Shown one piece after another: positions 17,676 through 25,397 of a DNA stretch of 30,254 nucleotides; positions within the stretch are counted from its first letter, which is position 1, and each line of letters starts with the position of its first letter. Where the stretch lies: positions 1-30,254 of the IMG/VR virus record IMGVR_UViG_3300043543_000076; one strand, 5' to 3'. The stretch comes from a virus (lineage: Duplodnaviria > Caudoviricetes). Below the pieces are notes generated by a model. The model searched no databases. It saw nothing but the letters and a program-made list of their open reading frames with translations, and was not told the DNA's origin. A program made the position numbers and the translations under genes.

Positions 17676-18465
17676 TAGCTTTCTCCTTTGGCTTTCGTTC
17701 CTCAACAAACATCTCTATATGGCTTGCAACAAAATCTATAAAGAGATTAAGAACCGTTGATGTAGATTTGATGTTTAGTTCTTTTTTTGCTTTAGTAATC
17801 GAGTTAATGAACTTGTCGTACCGTGTTTTTTCAGCAATATATATTAAGTCAACACCCGCAGTCTTTTTTTCTAAATCCTTTAATAGTTCATCCAATTTTT
17901 TGATTTCATAATCAGAAAAATAGAACAAAACCTCATTAAATCGCAGGCTGCCGCTGTCAATACTTAAAAAATCCAACTTGTCCTGATTAAGTTTTGAAAG
18001 ATCAAACTCTGCACCAGATAAACGAAGCAACTCTGTGTTGTTGAACTGATTGGCAAGTTCAAGAAGCACAACATTTTGTTGATCCCCGTGGATTGCATTA
18101 TGAGAAATCTGTATACGTAATGCGTCTTCTCTTGGAAGAGTAACTTCACACGTAACACACCAGTCTTCAACAATCCCTGCTGCGATAGCTGCTTTTACTC
18201 TATGATTTCCTGATGGTATGCCGTACCTACCATTGGGAAGCCTCATAACAAACGGATACTGAGTAAGTCGCCCATCCCTTTTGATATTTTCAACAAGCCT
18301 ATCAAATTTTTCCTTAGGCATGATATTAGCGTTCTTCTCTAACGGAACAAGATCTTTTAGTATGTGTTTTTTTGGAACAACACACTGAGACAGTAGCTTT
18401 CTAAGCTCTTCCTGCGAGAGCTTTTTATCTGAAAAGTCTTGGTATGCATAATTTTTTTCGTCCAT
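17662..18465 (-). CDS. ParB/Sulfiredoxin N-terminal domain protein
   Basis: NANIM...FDRLVENIKRDG...P...SGNHRVKAA is a ParB-N motif. Confidence 0.85.
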   Translation of the reverse strand: MDEKNYAYQDFSDKKLSQEELRKLLSQCVVPKKHILKDLVPLEKNANIMPKEKFDRLVENIKRDGRLTQYPFVMRLPNGRYGIPSGNHRVKAAIAAGIVEDWCVTCEVTLPREDALRIQISHNAIHGDQQNVVLLELANQFNNTELLRLSGAEFDLSKLNQDKLDFLSIDSGSLRFNEVLFYFSDYEIKKLDELLKDLEKKTAGVDLIYIAEKTRYDKFINSITKAKKELNIKSTSTVLNLFIDFVASHIEMFVEERKPKEKANEIV

Positions 18466-18540
18466 AATACCTTCCTATTTTCTAAACTCTTTTTTATGTA
18501 GCGTTTTGATGTTTGCTGTTTTTGTTTTTTTTGTCATATA

Positions 18541-19917
18541 TTACCTATCAACTTTTCTAATAGATAGCCATTTTTGTAAAATATCTTTTTTATGAAGTTT
18601 CCCCATTTCGGTTACATAGTTAATAAACTGCATACCTGTTTCTCTATCTTTACCTCGATTAGCAACTTTCCAGAAGTTTCTATACTTCATTGAAACGGGC
18701 TTATCGGTAAAAGCCGTAGTTTTGATAAAATCAAAGTCAAAAACATACTTTTTTCGTATATACTCCCGAACAGAGCTGCAGGCCGAAAGGGCTGCTATAA
18801 GTTTTGCCACATCACCCACGTTCTCAACGGGAAGATCAGACAAAAGATAATAATAATCGCGTTTCCCTTTAATCTCTATAAGATTAACACCAAAGATCCC
18901 TATTATTTTATCTTCTGCAAATACACCAAATTTTATCATCGGTGAAGGGTATTTTTTTATTTTATGGGAAAGCCGAGATAAACGTATCGAGTCAAAAAGA
19001 TCAAGCGGTATCTCTCGTATGTCAATGTTTGTGTTAAGGTTTATGGTAAGCAAGTCCTCTTTTGAAGCTATTTTTACACCATACGTTTTTGCCACAAATG
19101 ATGAGTCTATTTTTGCAAACTTCGTATCTGTTTTGAAATTACTGATAAACGTAACCATTTCTGTTTGAGTAAAATAATCATAACCAACACAATAAACTTT
19201 TGGATCGTTCTGAAAAAATGCACCTTTATTTGTTACGATAACGTAATCAGCCTCTTTATATTGAAGTATGCCTACCATAGAAAGAAGCGAGGTGTCCGTA
19301 AACATTTTGTACTTTGTGTGAAGTTCAGGAGCAATAAGCGTTTCACCAATAAACGTATATTGCTTTTCGTAGCCGCCCTTAAAAAATGGGGGGAAAGCAA
19401 TAAACAAATCACCTTTTTTACAACGCTCTACAAAATCAATAACATCCTCTCCTTGATAGTAAAACGGTACTTTTTTACTTTTTATGTAGTCTTTTTGTTC
19501 GTGTAACCGTAAAACCTTCTGCTCGATTATTTCTTTATAAGAGATAAGGTAATTTTCATACATCCTGCTTACGTAGTAATTTTTATGATTTACATAATCG
19601 CTTATATCTTGAAGATAAAGAACAACAGCCGTTTTGTACTCAAGCCCACGATCTATGTATTGTCTTAAAAAGTGATACTCAGGTCTTAAATCCGATATTT
19701 CAATAGAGTAATCTCGATCTGTAAGAAAATACCCAATTGCGTTAGTAAACATTGAAACGTCAGAAGAAAATATAGCTTTTGGCTTGAGGTTTCGTAATAT
19801 CAACATCTCAATAGTAAACGCGCCCGAACACCCCACATAAACATTTTCTAACGGTTTGTTACGCAGAAGATCCATAAGTATTTTACGTGAGTTGTTTTTA
19901 ATAACGCCCTTGAACAT
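18541..19917 (-). CDS. Putative DNA modification enzyme: adenine-methyltransferase-like N-terminus with a GNAT-like C-terminus
   Basis: Motif I-like VYVGCSGAFTIE, SSDVS, DVIDFV, and motif IV variant AFPPFFKGGY. C-terminal FGVFAEDKIIGIFGV...YLLSD...AKLIAAL...TTAFTDKPVSMKYR. Confidence 0.65.
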   Translation of the reverse strand: MFKGVIKNNSRKILMDLLRNKPLENVYVGCSGAFTIEMLILRNLKPKAIFSSDVSMFTNAIGYFLTDRDYSIEISDLRPEYHFLRQYIDRGLEYKTAVVLYLQDISDYVNHKNYYVSRMYENYLISYKEIIEQKVLRLHEQKDYIKSKKVPFYYQGEDVIDFVERCKKGDLFIAFPPFFKGGYEKQYTFIGETLIAPELHTKYKMFTDTSLLSMVGILQYKEADYVIVTNKGAFFQNDPKVYCVGYDYFTQTEMVTFISNFKTDTKFAKIDSSFVAKTYGVKIASKEDLLTINLNTNIDIREIPLDLFDSIRLSRLSHKIKKYPSPMIKFGVFAEDKIIGIFGVNLIEIKGKRDYYYLLSDLPVENVGDVAKLIAALSACSSVREYIRKKYVFDFDFIKTTAFTDKPVSMKYRNFWKVANRGKDRETGMQFINYVTEMGKLHKKDILQKWLSIRKVDR

Positions 19918-19971
19918 ACTAAATAACTTCCCCTGCAGCGCGCAGATCTAATCCCCATATGCTGGTTTTTT

Positions 19972-20046
19972 TAGAGCGAAATTACGGTTTTGAGCCGTAG
20001 CCTGCTGGCTGGTAGCCAGCCGTGCTGTCAATTACACCAATTTCGC
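19972..20046 (-). tRNA. Non-canonical tRNA-Gly-like RNA, anticodon ACC
   Basis: Cloverleaf: acceptor GCGAAAT/ATTTCGC, D stem GTGT/GCAC, anticodon stem GCTGG/CCAGC with loop CT-ACC-AG, T stem TACGG/CCGTA with loop CTCAAAA, discriminator T, then CTA rather than CCA. Confidence 0.8.
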
Positions 20047-20532
20047 AACAATTTGGTCTAAAGTAACTAATTTATAATCTGTTTCTTCAATCGCTAATTT
20101 TACATGTTTATTTGTTACCCACGGATACCCGCTAGATCTGTAATCGTTATTGTGCAAATGACCGTGTATATTGTAATCAATACCCACTAAATATGGCTGT
20201 GGTTCATGACTAAACAATAACTTTTTACCACCATGCTCGTAAGTAAACGTGTTTCCTACCCAATCCCATCCGTGTCTCAAATACCAGTCGTTTGATTTTT
20301 TATCGTGATTTCCCAGAACTAACCATAATCTTGCGTCAACCGATTTTCTTAACCATGTATGTACGTTTTCGTCATTTCCAATACAGACATCACCCAAACA
20401 CAACAACACATCTTCTTTCTTAAGATTTGCTTTTACTATGTTTTTTGATAAACGCTCTTCAAAGTCTTTTGGTCTTCCAAGCTCAATAAGTTTGTCGTGA
20501 TTGAAATGTGGATCTGTAAAGATATAAATCAT
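20032..20532 (-). CDS. Calcineurin-like metallophosphoesterase
   Basis: DPHFNH, LGDV, LGNHD, SHEP and IHGHLH motifs. The ATG at 20532 has a GGAGG RBS (ORF track starts at 20553). Confidence 0.9.
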   Translation of the reverse strand: MIYIFTDPHFNHDKLIELGRPKDFEERLSKNIVKANLKKEDVLLCLGDVCIGNDENVHTWLRKSVDARLWLVLGNHDKKSNDWYLRHGWDWVGNTFTYEHGGKKLLFSHEPQPYLVGIDYNIHGHLHNNDYRSSGYPWVTNKHVKLAIEETDYKLVTLDQIVAKLV

Positions 20533-20549
20533 TGTAAATGCCTCCAAGA

Positions 20550-21038
20550 TCATGCTTCTTCTTCCAATATGATAGTGTCATTGTCTGCTTTTGTCTGTTT
20601 TGGTTTATCCCATGCGTCCGTTGGGTCATCTGGAGGAAACTTCTCACCATTAGCATTTACATATGGTTCTTCTAGCGGTGCTTCTTCTTGCCTTGCTGCT
20701 TTTTGACCGTTGCTCATTGGGATAACATTTTGCGCAACTATTTCGCTTGTATAACCAATTGTTCCGTCTTTTTTCTCGTAGGTTCTGTTTTCTATCCTTC
20801 CATCAACATAAACCTTGTTTCCCTTTTGGATTTTTGACGAAACAAACTCAGCCATCTTTTGCCAAACTAAAACCCGATGAAACGTAGGAAAATCTTTATA
20901 CGTTCCGTCTTCCTGCTTAACAGATCTGTTTGTAGCAACAGAAAACTGACAAACAGGTGTTCCACTCGGTGTATATTTTAGTTCAGGATCTTTTGTTAAG
21001 TTTCCCACTAGCGTTACATGATTTATAGAAAATGCCAT
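20550..21038 (-). CDS. ssb: Single-stranded DNA-binding protein
   Basis: INHVTLVGNLTKDPELKYTPSG..V..FSVATN...KGNKVYVDGRIENR, with an acidic tail. Confidence 0.95.
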   Translation of the reverse strand: MAFSINHVTLVGNLTKDPELKYTPSGTPVCQFSVATNRSVKQEDGTYKDFPTFHRVLVWQKMAEFVSSKIQKGNKVYVDGRIENRTYEKKDGTIGYTSEIVAQNVIPMSNGQKAARQEEAPLEEPYVNANGEKFPPDDPTDAWDKPKQTKADNDTIILEEEA

Positions 21039-21151
21039 ACGTCCTCCCTATGAGCCCATCGCAAAAACAAAATGATAGGTATAAATGCCATGAACAACAC
21101 TATTGAAAGTGATATTTCAAAAATGTCATATAACTTTTTAGTTATGTTCAT
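21023..21151 (-). CDS. Small 42-aa membrane protein
   Basis: Read manually: MNITKKLYDIFEISLSIVLFMAFIPIILFLRWAHREDVWHFL. GAGGG RBS, overlaps the ssb start. Confidence 0.45.
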   Translation of the reverse strand: MNITKKLYDIFEISLSIVLFMAFIPIILFLRWAHREDVWHFL

Positions 21152-21226
21152 ATACCCTCGCTTAATCCCTGCCCAAGATTGAAAGCGAGGGGGTATACAA
21201 ACACGACTTGCGTCGGATATACCCGC
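21151..21226 (-). promoter_or_regulatory. Structured intergenic RNA with alternative pairings over an RBS
   Basis: GGGTATAT..CGAC-GCAA-GTCG..GTATACCC followed by CCTCGCTT...AAGCGAGG. TATACCC can alternatively pair with the GGGTATA next to the ATG. Confidence 0.5.
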
Positions 21227-21230
21227 ATAA

Positions 21231-21386
21231 TTACCGATATTTTGTTAACGTAAACCCTTTTGCAAAGTAGCTAAATATATCATTTACCACCCAAGGGATA
21301 GGAAAGATAAAAAAGCTGGCAATAGCCCAAATAACCATCCGCATCAACAGTTCTAGTCCGCCATTTTCATATTTTGCTTTATACAT
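21231..21386 (-). CDS. Small 51-aa membrane protein
   Basis: Read manually: MYKAKYENGGLELLMRMVIWAIASFFIFPIPWVVNDIFSYFAKGFTLTKYR, with a strong AGGAGGTG RBS. Confidence 0.65.
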   Translation of the reverse strand: MYKAKYENGGLELLMRMVIWAIASFFIFPIPWVVNDIFSYFAKGFTLTKYR

Positions 21387-21398
21387 ATGCCTCACCTC

Positions 21399-21734
21399 CT
21401 ATCTTAAAAATCTTAAAAAGACAAATACGTTTGCAATCAAAAGCACAATTGCACCGCCTACAAAAACCCAAAAAAATACACTTTCAGCAATATCCCTTTT
21501 TATTTCCTGCTTATTAACAGGTGTCATAACAAACGTCTTTACTCCATGCTTTGCAACATCTTGAGCCTTGACTATTTTTGCCTTTATACGTTCGTTTGGC
21601 TTAATGAAGTTTTCCTCTTTAGCCGAACCCACTTTGTTGTTTCGATCAAATGGCGCTACGTTTTTTGCCTTAGATTTTTTACTAACAAACCTGCCTGTTT
21701 TTATGTCTCTGCGCTGCATAACGCCTCCTTTCAA
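21399..21734 (-). CDS. Hypothetical protein with a C-terminal transmembrane helix (probable start 21719)
   Basis: Basic N-terminus RDIKTGRFV and hydrophobic VFFWVFVGGAIVLLIANVFVFL. AAGGAGG precedes MQRR. Confidence 0.7.
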   Translation of the reverse strand: MKGGVMQRRDIKTGRFVSKKSKAKNVAPFDRNNKVGSAKEENFIKPNERIKAKIVKAQDVAKHGVKTFVMTPVNKQEIKRDIAESVFFWVFVGGAIVLLIANVFVFLRFLR

Positions 21735-22198
21735 TTTACTGACTCGTGTTTTATCGGTGGCGGTTTTATTTTTTCAGCCGATACAGGAGCAGTCATAACA
21801 AAGCCTTCGCCGCCGTTCTTTTCTATTTGAACCCGTGCAAAAGCCTGAAAGAAAATATCACCAAGAACCCCATCTTTCTTGAAAACTTGATACAGCAACT
21901 CTTCAATCATTTCTTCTGAACCAGCTACAAAAACATCTTTTTGCCCGTGTTTTCCATTATCTAAATCTACTTCCAAATGCATAACCGCACGTCTATCGCC
22001 TGAGTAATCCTGCTTATGAGCCTCTAAATAGTTCATGGACTTGTTATTGCTTGTAACAAAATTAACAATGAGGTTGCCGTTGATAAATGAAATCCTACAA
22101 GCCGCCAACCCGTTTTCTTCTAGGATGACTTCGATTGTTTGACCGTTTTCAAGATCAAACTCTTGTTTACTATTGTGTTTAATTATTTTAGTTTTCAT
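21731..22198 (-). CDS. Hypothetical protein
   Basis: 155-aa ORF packed in the operon. Confidence 0.65.
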   Translation of the reverse strand: MKTKIIKHNSKQEFDLENGQTIEVILEENGLAACRISFINGNLIVNFVTSNNKSMNYLEAHKQDYSGDRRAVMHLEVDLDNGKHGQKDVFVAGSEEMIEELLYQVFKKDGVLGDIFFQAFARVQIEKNGGEGFVMTAPVSAEKIKPPPIKHESVN

Positions 22199-22203
22199 AT
22201 TTG

Positions 22204-22593
22204 TTATATAAGCATTTGTTGAACAACAACTTTTTTTGGCTCAACTTTTACATGCTTGTATGGATTTTGCCACTCTTCACACGGATAACCGTGTTTATTA
22301 AACCACTCTCGAACTATGTCTCGATGACACCAATTATTTGCTTTGCTTGTGTCTTCCCAACACAAAAGTATTTTGTTTTCACAAAACTTAGCCATTTTAT
22401 GAACATTTATTGATTGTAATTGTTGGAGAAACATAGTTTTGAAGCGACTGTAGTCGTTCATTTTTATCATTGCCCATGAACGGGGAACTAGTTTAATTAT
22501 TTGTGGACCTGAGAAGTTTTTAGGAGCGCTGCGGGATATTGACACAGCGTTTGGCTGATTAAAAGCAGTAGCGTAATTTGATGTGTATATCAT
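22204..22593 (-). CDS. DUF488-like protein
   Basis: MIYTSNYA...VSISRSAP...L.P...ILLCWE....WCHRDIVREWF. Confidence 0.75.
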   Translation of the reverse strand: MIYTSNYATAFNQPNAVSISRSAPKNFSGPQIIKLVPRSWAMIKMNDYSRFKTMFLQQLQSINVHKMAKFCENKILLCWEDTSKANNWCHRDIVREWFNKHGYPCEEWQNPYKHVKVEPKKVVVQQMLI

Positions 22594-22632
22594 AACCTAT
22601 TTCCTGTTTTATGTAATTATATTTTATTATGT

Positions 22633-22815
22633 TTAGTGATCTTGTGCAATAGAGAAATTTGTTTTTTCATCCTTCTTTTTTTTACGACAAACAGGACACC
22701 GACGAGGTGCAGAAAACTGCATTGTCTCGAAAAATTTTTGCTCTCCTGCCGTAAAAAGAAAAATATCATGACAGGAAACACACTCAACTTTAATATCTAT
22801 ATATGTTTTATCCAT
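22633..22815 (-). CDS. Zinc-ribbon protein (zf-trcl-like)
   Basis: DIKVECVSCHDIFLFTAGEQKFF...PRRCPVCRKKKK. Confidence 0.85.
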   Translation of the reverse strand: MDKTYIDIKVECVSCHDIFLFTAGEQKFFETMQFSAPRRCPVCRKKKKDEKTNFSIAQDH

Positions 22816-22828
22816 AATAGTTTTATGT

Positions 22829-23137
22829 TCATAATACCCCTTCTGGTAACGACAATCCTAGTAAAACTAGATTTTCTAGGTGTCGTTTCCTCATAAATGC
22901 GTTTGCTTCTTTATTGTACTCACACAAGTTGTGATGATGATTACAAAGCAAACAAGTATGAAAAATATCGTGCACGGCAAGACCGCTAGAGCGTTTATCA
23001 AAGTGATGAAATCCGAGATTAAGACTAGTGTGGCAGATGACCCACTCACAGGTTGTGATACCAAGTTGTTCATACTGCATTTTTAGCTTTTCCCGTTCCC
23101 GTTCCCACTCTAATGTTTTTTTGCCTTTTGCGATCAT
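22829..23137 (-). CDS. Putative HNH-like / zinc-binding protein
   Basis: CEWVIC...FHHFDKRS...CLLCNHHH..CE. Confidence 0.55.
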   Translation of the reverse strand: MIAKGKKTLEWEREREKLKMQYEQLGITTCEWVICHTSLNLGFHHFDKRSSGLAVHDIFHTCLLCNHHHNLCEYNKEANAFMRKRHLENLVLLGLSLPEGVL

Positions 23138-23448
23138 TTCAAAATTATCCTTCTTCGTTTAGCAAGCTCTGTTATTACGTCTATTTCGCTAAACGGTGGA
23201 TAATTTCCTTTTACTTTTACGACTTTCGTCGAAAGCGCCATTTTCATTTCTTGTTGTCTTTCTTCTTTTTTACTTAATTGCTCGTTTGGATCGTCAGCAA
23301 CAGTATCATCAATAACCGCCTCAACAATATCTCCTTTTGTTTCTATTTTTTTGTGTAAAATGTCGCCAATCCACACTTCAATTACGGTATATGTCCCGTC
23401 GCCTTTTTTAACCGTATTAGTGATTTTATACTCTCTAGGAACTAACAT
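23134..23448 (-). CDS. Hypothetical protein
   Basis: 104-aa ORF overlapping both neighbours. Confidence 0.6.
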   Translation of the reverse strand: MLVPREYKITNTVKKGDGTYTVIEVWIGDILHKKIETKGDIVEAVIDDTVADDPNEQLSKKEERQQEMKMALSTKVVKVKGNYPPFSEIDVITELAKRRRIILK

Positions 23449-23692
23449 ATGTTGTATAAATTATCATAGCTTCATACCACTCTGCTTGTAAATTTCCACC
23501 TACCGAAACACCACATTGATATTTTATGTCTTGAACATCCTTTTTTTCTATTTTTTTTAGAAAACCGTTTACGCTTTTTTGCAATGACTGTCGAGAGGTG
23601 GAAGAAAACAATTTTATCTGAACTACACAAACGGTATCAACGCTTCCTCCCCCACTTCCTCCCCCACGATTACTCCTGTTTTGTTTTTGCAT
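23435..23692 (-). CDS. Hypothetical protein (DUF2758/Cse60-like)
   Basis: QIKLF...LQKSVNGFL...VQDIKYQ...YEAMIIY. Confidence 0.55.
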   Translation of the reverse strand: MQKQNRSNRGGGSGGGSVDTVCVVQIKLFSSTSRQSLQKSVNGFLKKIEKKDVQDIKYQCGVSVGGNLQAEWYEAMIIYTTYVSS

Positions 23693-23741
23693 ATATCTTT
23701 TTCAACTCGATCAACAATAAGTTTTAGCGTTTCTGCTATGA

Positions 23742-24125
23742 TTAGTCGTTCCTCCCTTTCGAGTTTATCTTTTGTGTTTTCCATTTGTTTTTTTCGTCAA
23801 TTAGCTTTATAATTTTTTTATATAGATTAATTAACTCTTCTTTGTTTAATGATCCTATATGTCCAGTCCGCGTATTTCTTTTTAACCAAGTATACATTTT
23901 TTTTCTTTGCTCTTGATTTTTATAATCCCACAGTTTGCTTGCTAGGCTGTGAACCAGTTTTCGCAATTTACGAGTCTCATAATCCCCTGGTGTCCCGACT
24001 GGTCTACCCGTAAAGTGTGCTATGTGCATACCCCTGCAAGATGGATAACGCAAACAACCAAAATATCTTTTTCCGTTATCCCATGTTCGCAACACCATTT
24101 CTGATCCGCAATCTGGACATCGCAT
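23742..24125 (-). CDS. C4 zinc-finger protein (topoisomerase-type Zn ribbon / DUF3268-like)
   Basis: CPDCGSEMVLR...YFGCLRYPSC...H..GRPVGTP...R..R..H...W...Y.WL...HIG. Confidence 0.75.
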   Translation of the reverse strand: MRCPDCGSEMVLRTWDNGKRYFGCLRYPSCRGMHIAHFTGRPVGTPGDYETRKLRKLVHSLASKLWDYKNQEQRKKMYTWLKRNTRTGHIGSLNKEELINLYKKIIKLIDEKNKWKTQKINSKGRND

Positions 24126-24162
24126 ATCATATCACCCAAATGTACAAGTACTCCCGTGCTCA

Positions 24163-24744
24163 TTATCTTGTGGAAACAGCTAAGATTTCTTCTTGATACA
24201 GCTCAAGACCCGAAATCTCCCGTACCCCTTCCCGTATGGCTTCGTTAACCGCTACTTGATTAAGTGTTTTATACTCGTCCGGAACTTTAGAGAAATCAGT
24301 AATTTTATATTTCCAAATTTTACGACTTTGAGTATATCCTACCGTGTTTTTTGGTCTTTCCATAACAACTGGCGATGATACGTTATGACCTTTTTTTTCA
24401 TGAGCTTGTTGTATTTTTCTTCGTCTTTCTTCTTCTTTAGCAATCCTTTCTTGTTCAGCTTGTCGCCATAAAAGTATTTTTTTTGAAACCGTTGCTTCAG
24501 CTTTTTCTAATGGTAATGCAATTTCTTTGAACGTCGCATTGATATTTCTTAACGACTCGTTAATAGGCTTAGTAAACGAAACTCTTTTTGCTTCTATGTT
24601 TTTTAGAGCAACTCGTACTTCTTGTAAAAATTTTGAGGCGTTATATTGGTCTTCTTCTGAAGAAACCACAATTTCTTCTGAACGTGTTACAAGTGGGTGC
24701 GTAGACTTTTTTATCTCCGCAATTTCTGTAGATATATTTTTCAT
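24163..24744 (-). CDS. Coiled-coil phage protein (Gp157/DUF1351-like)
   Basis: IEAKRVSFTKPINE...RKIWKYKITDFSKVPDEY...AIREGVREISGLELYQE. Confidence 0.6.
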   Translation of the reverse strand: MKNISTEIAEIKKSTHPLVTRSEEIVVSSEEDQYNASKFLQEVRVALKNIEAKRVSFTKPINESLRNINATFKEIALPLEKAEATVSKKILLWRQAEQERIAKEEERRRKIQQAHEKKGHNVSSPVVMERPKNTVGYTQSRKIWKYKITDFSKVPDEYKTLNQVAVNEAIREGVREISGLELYQEEILAVSTR

Positions 24745-24784
24745 ATTGCTCCTTTCAAATTACTTTTTTCCTGTTTCTTAGTTC

Positions 24785-24813
24785 ATAGTATCACGATATA
24801 TAACAAAATGCAA
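24785..24813 (-). promoter_or_regulatory. Sigma70-type promoter with extended -10
   Basis: TTGCAT, 17-nt spacer, TG-n-TACTAT, in an intergenic gap upstream of an AAAGGAG RBS. Confidence 0.6.
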
Positions 24814-24821
24814 TAGGGTAA

Positions 24822-25397
24822 TTATGCACGAAAATAATGTTTTCTAAATGCTTCTAGCTGTGTTGTTTTTACATACTGATAGGGAAACCCGTGTACGATT
24901 TTCTTTTGCTCTAAGTTCCAAAACATGTCAAAGCTAATAACCCCTGCAATATGTAATCTCATGTGTTTCAAATCAACCTTACAAAAAACGTAAAAATCCA
25001 TTGGTTTTTCTTTTGACTCAATTTTCATACCGTGATGAGTGTTAGGATATATGATTTGACACGGTGTGCCGTCTGGAAACGTGCCAATATCGCTTCCTTT
25101 GATGTCGTATGTGTTTCCACGCAAAATAAAGTCGTAGGAGTCTTTATGGAGGCTTGGATCGTAGTATTTTGTTTTTGCTTCAAAACCCATACCCAAACAG
25201 TTTTCCACATAATGAAATACGCCGTTTTGTGCTATTGATCCGATGATGTCTCTTTTTTCACTTATCCTCATAGTTGTTGGGTTATTAACTCCCTTTTGGC
25301 TTTTTAGCGCCCCATCCTCTTCAAGAGCAAGATTATACAACCAGTCCTCTATTTCTACGTGAACACAGTCCCCATAACACTTAGCTTTTTCGTTCAT
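24822..25397 (-). CDS. Putative PD-(D/E)XK-fold nuclease
   Basis: IIGSIAQ...DSYDF..RGNTYDIKG...DFYVF. ATG at 25397 preferred over the ORF-track 25460. Confidence 0.5.
   Translation of the reverse strand: MNEKAKCYGDCVHVEIEDWLYNLALEEDGALKSQKGVNNPTTMRISEKRDIIGSIAQNGVFHYVENCLGMGFEAKTKYYDPSLHKDSYDFILRGNTYDIKGSDIGTFPDGTPCQIIYPNTHHGMKIESKEKPMDFYVFCKVDLKHMRLHIAGVISFDMFWNLEQKKIVHGFPYQYVKTTQLEAFRKHYFRA

Noticed and set aside
19972-20046. tRNA as an ordinary translational tRNA or an integration-site (att) remnant
   Set aside because: The D and T loops are non-canonical and the anticodon is ACC. It is full-length, mid-operon, and no integrase or duplicated 3' fragment is visible.
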